Assembly: GCA_041661045.1 (NCBI GenBank)
Contig: JBAZVE010000001.1
Location: 1,284,578-1,316,577, forward strand
Direction of reading: 5' to 3'
Origin: Candidatus Saccharimonadota bacterium
Lineage (GTDB): Bacteria; Patescibacteriota; Gracilibacteria; UBA1369; 2-02-FULL-48-14
Length of the DNA stretch: 32,000 nt
Part shown: one piece after another, positions 30,826 to 32,000 of the stretch
Layout of the letters: each line of letters opens with the position of its first letter
Position numbering within the stretch: the first letter of the stretch is position 1
The notes under the pieces: generated by a model
What the model was told of the DNA's origin: nothing
The model's database searches: none
The model's input: only the letters and a program-made list of their open reading frames with translations
Program-made: the position numbers and the translations under genes

Positions 30826-32000
30826 TCATTCGTCCTTCAAGAGCACGAAGAACTTGAGGTATTTTCCCTCTGGGAAATAGAGGTTGTACGGATGGTCGAT
30901 GGGTTGGCTTTGAATGGCGAGCACACGGAGAGTGCAGCGAGCCTTGCTTGCGGCGAGCGCCAACATTTTTTGAAACATTTCTTCGGTGACATGCGCGGAG
31001 CAAGAACTTGAAATCAGGATTCCGCCTTTGGGCAAAAGCTGCAGAGCTCTTTCGTTGATGAAGGTGTAGCCCTGCAATCCTTTTTTGAGACTTTTTTGAT
31101 TTTTTACAAAGGCCGGTGGATCCAAAATAATGACATCAAATTGAGTTTGTTTGTTGCGGTATTCTTCCAAAAGATCAAAGACATCCTTATCCAAAAATTC
31201 ATGCTTTTTGGGATCGAGCCCATTGAGTTCAAAATTGCGTTTGGCGGTTTCCAATGCCGGGCCGGAGGAATCCACACTCGTGACTTTTTTGGCTCCCGCA
31301 AGCGCGGCATACAAAGAGAATCCGCCCGTGTAGCAAAAACAGTTGAGCACGGTTTTGTCTTTGGTGTAGGCCTGCAGGGCCTTCCTGTTCTCCCGTTGAT
31401 CCAAAAACATGCCCGTCTTTTGTCCTTCCTCAATATTCACGAGCATGGGAATACCGTTTTCAAGAATTTCCAGCTCTTTTGGGAGCGGTTCCCCAAAAAG
31501 CAAACCCTTGGGTTGATCGAGCAGACCTTCTTGATTTCGCACTCCGATATCGCTTCTTTCATAAATACTTTGTGGATTGAAAACCGCCTTGAGCGCGGAG
31601 ACCACTTCTTTTTTTAGCATTTCCATCCCCATGGTGTGCACTTGAACCACCAGCACGGAATTGTAACGATCCACAATGAGTCCGGGCATCCCATCGCTTT
31701 CTCCAAAGACGAGGCGGTAGGCGTTCGTTTTTTTGCTGTCGATGAATCGTTCTCGCATTTTTTTGAGCTGCGCGAACCGTTGGACAAAAAAGTCCGTATC
31801 GATTTTTTGCTGTGAATCACGCGTGAGGATGCGAACCGCAATTTGTGATTTTTCGTTGTAGTAACCGCGAGCTAAAAACTTCCTTCCCGTTCCATCGTAA
31901 ATGTCCACAAGGCTTCCGCTGGGAACGGATTCGTCATACTGCAAGGCCATGGAAAAAATCCACGGATGATTGCTGGACATAATATGCTCTTTGCCCGGTT
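30826..32000 (-). CDS. rlmI: RlmI-type SAM-dependent 23S rRNA methyltransferase with PUA domain (5' end outside the window)
   Basis: Has VLNCFCYTGGFSLYAALAGA and VIILDPPAFVKNQKS motifs. The frame stays open upstream of the tracked ATG 31980 to the window edge (..PGKEHIMSSNHPWIFS). This matches the conserved LKpGKe..ghPWvf N-terminal motif, so the true start lies beyond base 32000. Confidence 0.85.
   Translation of the reverse strand, partial: PGKEHIMSSNHPWIFSMALQYDESVPSGSLVDIYDGTGRKFLARGYYNEKSQIAVRILTRDSQQKIDTDFFVQRFAQLKKMRERFIDSKKTNAYRLVFGESDGMPGLIVDRYNSVLVVQVHTMGMEMLKKEVVSALKAVFNPQSIYERSDIGVRNQEGLLDQPKGLLFGEPLPKELEILENGIPMLVNIEEGQKTGMFLDQRENRKALQAYTKDKTVLNCFCYTGGFSLYAALAGAKKVTSVDSSGPALETAKRNFELNGLDPKKHEFLDKDVFDLLEEYRNKQTQFDVIILDPPAFVKNQKSLKKGLQGYTFINERALQLLPKGGILISSSCSAHVTEEMFQKMLALAASKARCTLRVLAIQSQPIDHPYNLYFPEGKYLKFFVLLKDE

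Noticed and set aside
1-32000. CRISPR arrays, rRNA genes, IS elements/transposases, integrases, and att-type repeats of the tRNA-Gln 3' end
   Set aside because: No regularly spaced repeats, no rRNA-like conserved stretches, and no DDE, tyrosine or serine recombinase motifs were seen in any tracked ORF. No copy of the tRNA 3' end was spotted by eye. The last point needs a computed search before it can be excluded.
1-32000. Alternative genetic code (UGA recoding, as in some candidate phyla)
   Set aside because: Conserved genes end at TGA at the expected length (tal 4669-4671, pgi 5895-5897, gnd 10390..10388, pseudouridine synthase 30823-30825), and all family-recognisable ORFs are intact under the standard code.

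Overview
Gene-dense bacterial window of about 45 genes in the standard genetic code (UGA is used as a stop). Canonical Shine-Dalgarno sequences are almost absent. Some families (DUF5671-like membrane protein, DUF222-like HNH endonuclease) suggest an uncultivated Patescibacteria/CPR-like lineage, but that is a low-confidence inference. Core content: a typA fragment at the left edge; a secreted C39-like peptidase; an HNH endonuclease behind a GC-rich, hairpin-dense leader; and a LOG/CPBP pair. A complete pentose-phosphate supercluster follows: tal-pgi-tkt on the + strand converges on a minus-strand gnd-zwf-pgl operon, with ATGA/TAATG stop-start coupling. Further right are rpmA, mutY, an EnvC-like M23 peptidase, tRNA-Gln(UUG), a PadR plus membrane-sensor pair divergent from mntP, a secreted triple-repeat protein with an OmpR/HisKA two-component system, an FKBP lipoprotein, a pseudouridine synthase and two RlmI/RlmK-type rRNA methyltransferase paralogues. 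The most unusual part is the accessory stretch directly 3' of tRNA-Gln (about 16.3-19.7 kb, possibly to 22.6 kb). It holds orphan proteins, a divergent pentein-fold (guanidino-modifying) enzyme, an HExxH protein split by a perfect 10-bp tandem duplication, and a 1,009-bp unit bounded by 83-bp direct repeats derived from the 3' end of a DUF2200 gene. No CRISPR array, rRNA, integrase or transposase was seen. All calls rest on reading the sequence and remembered family motifs; nothing was searched or computed.
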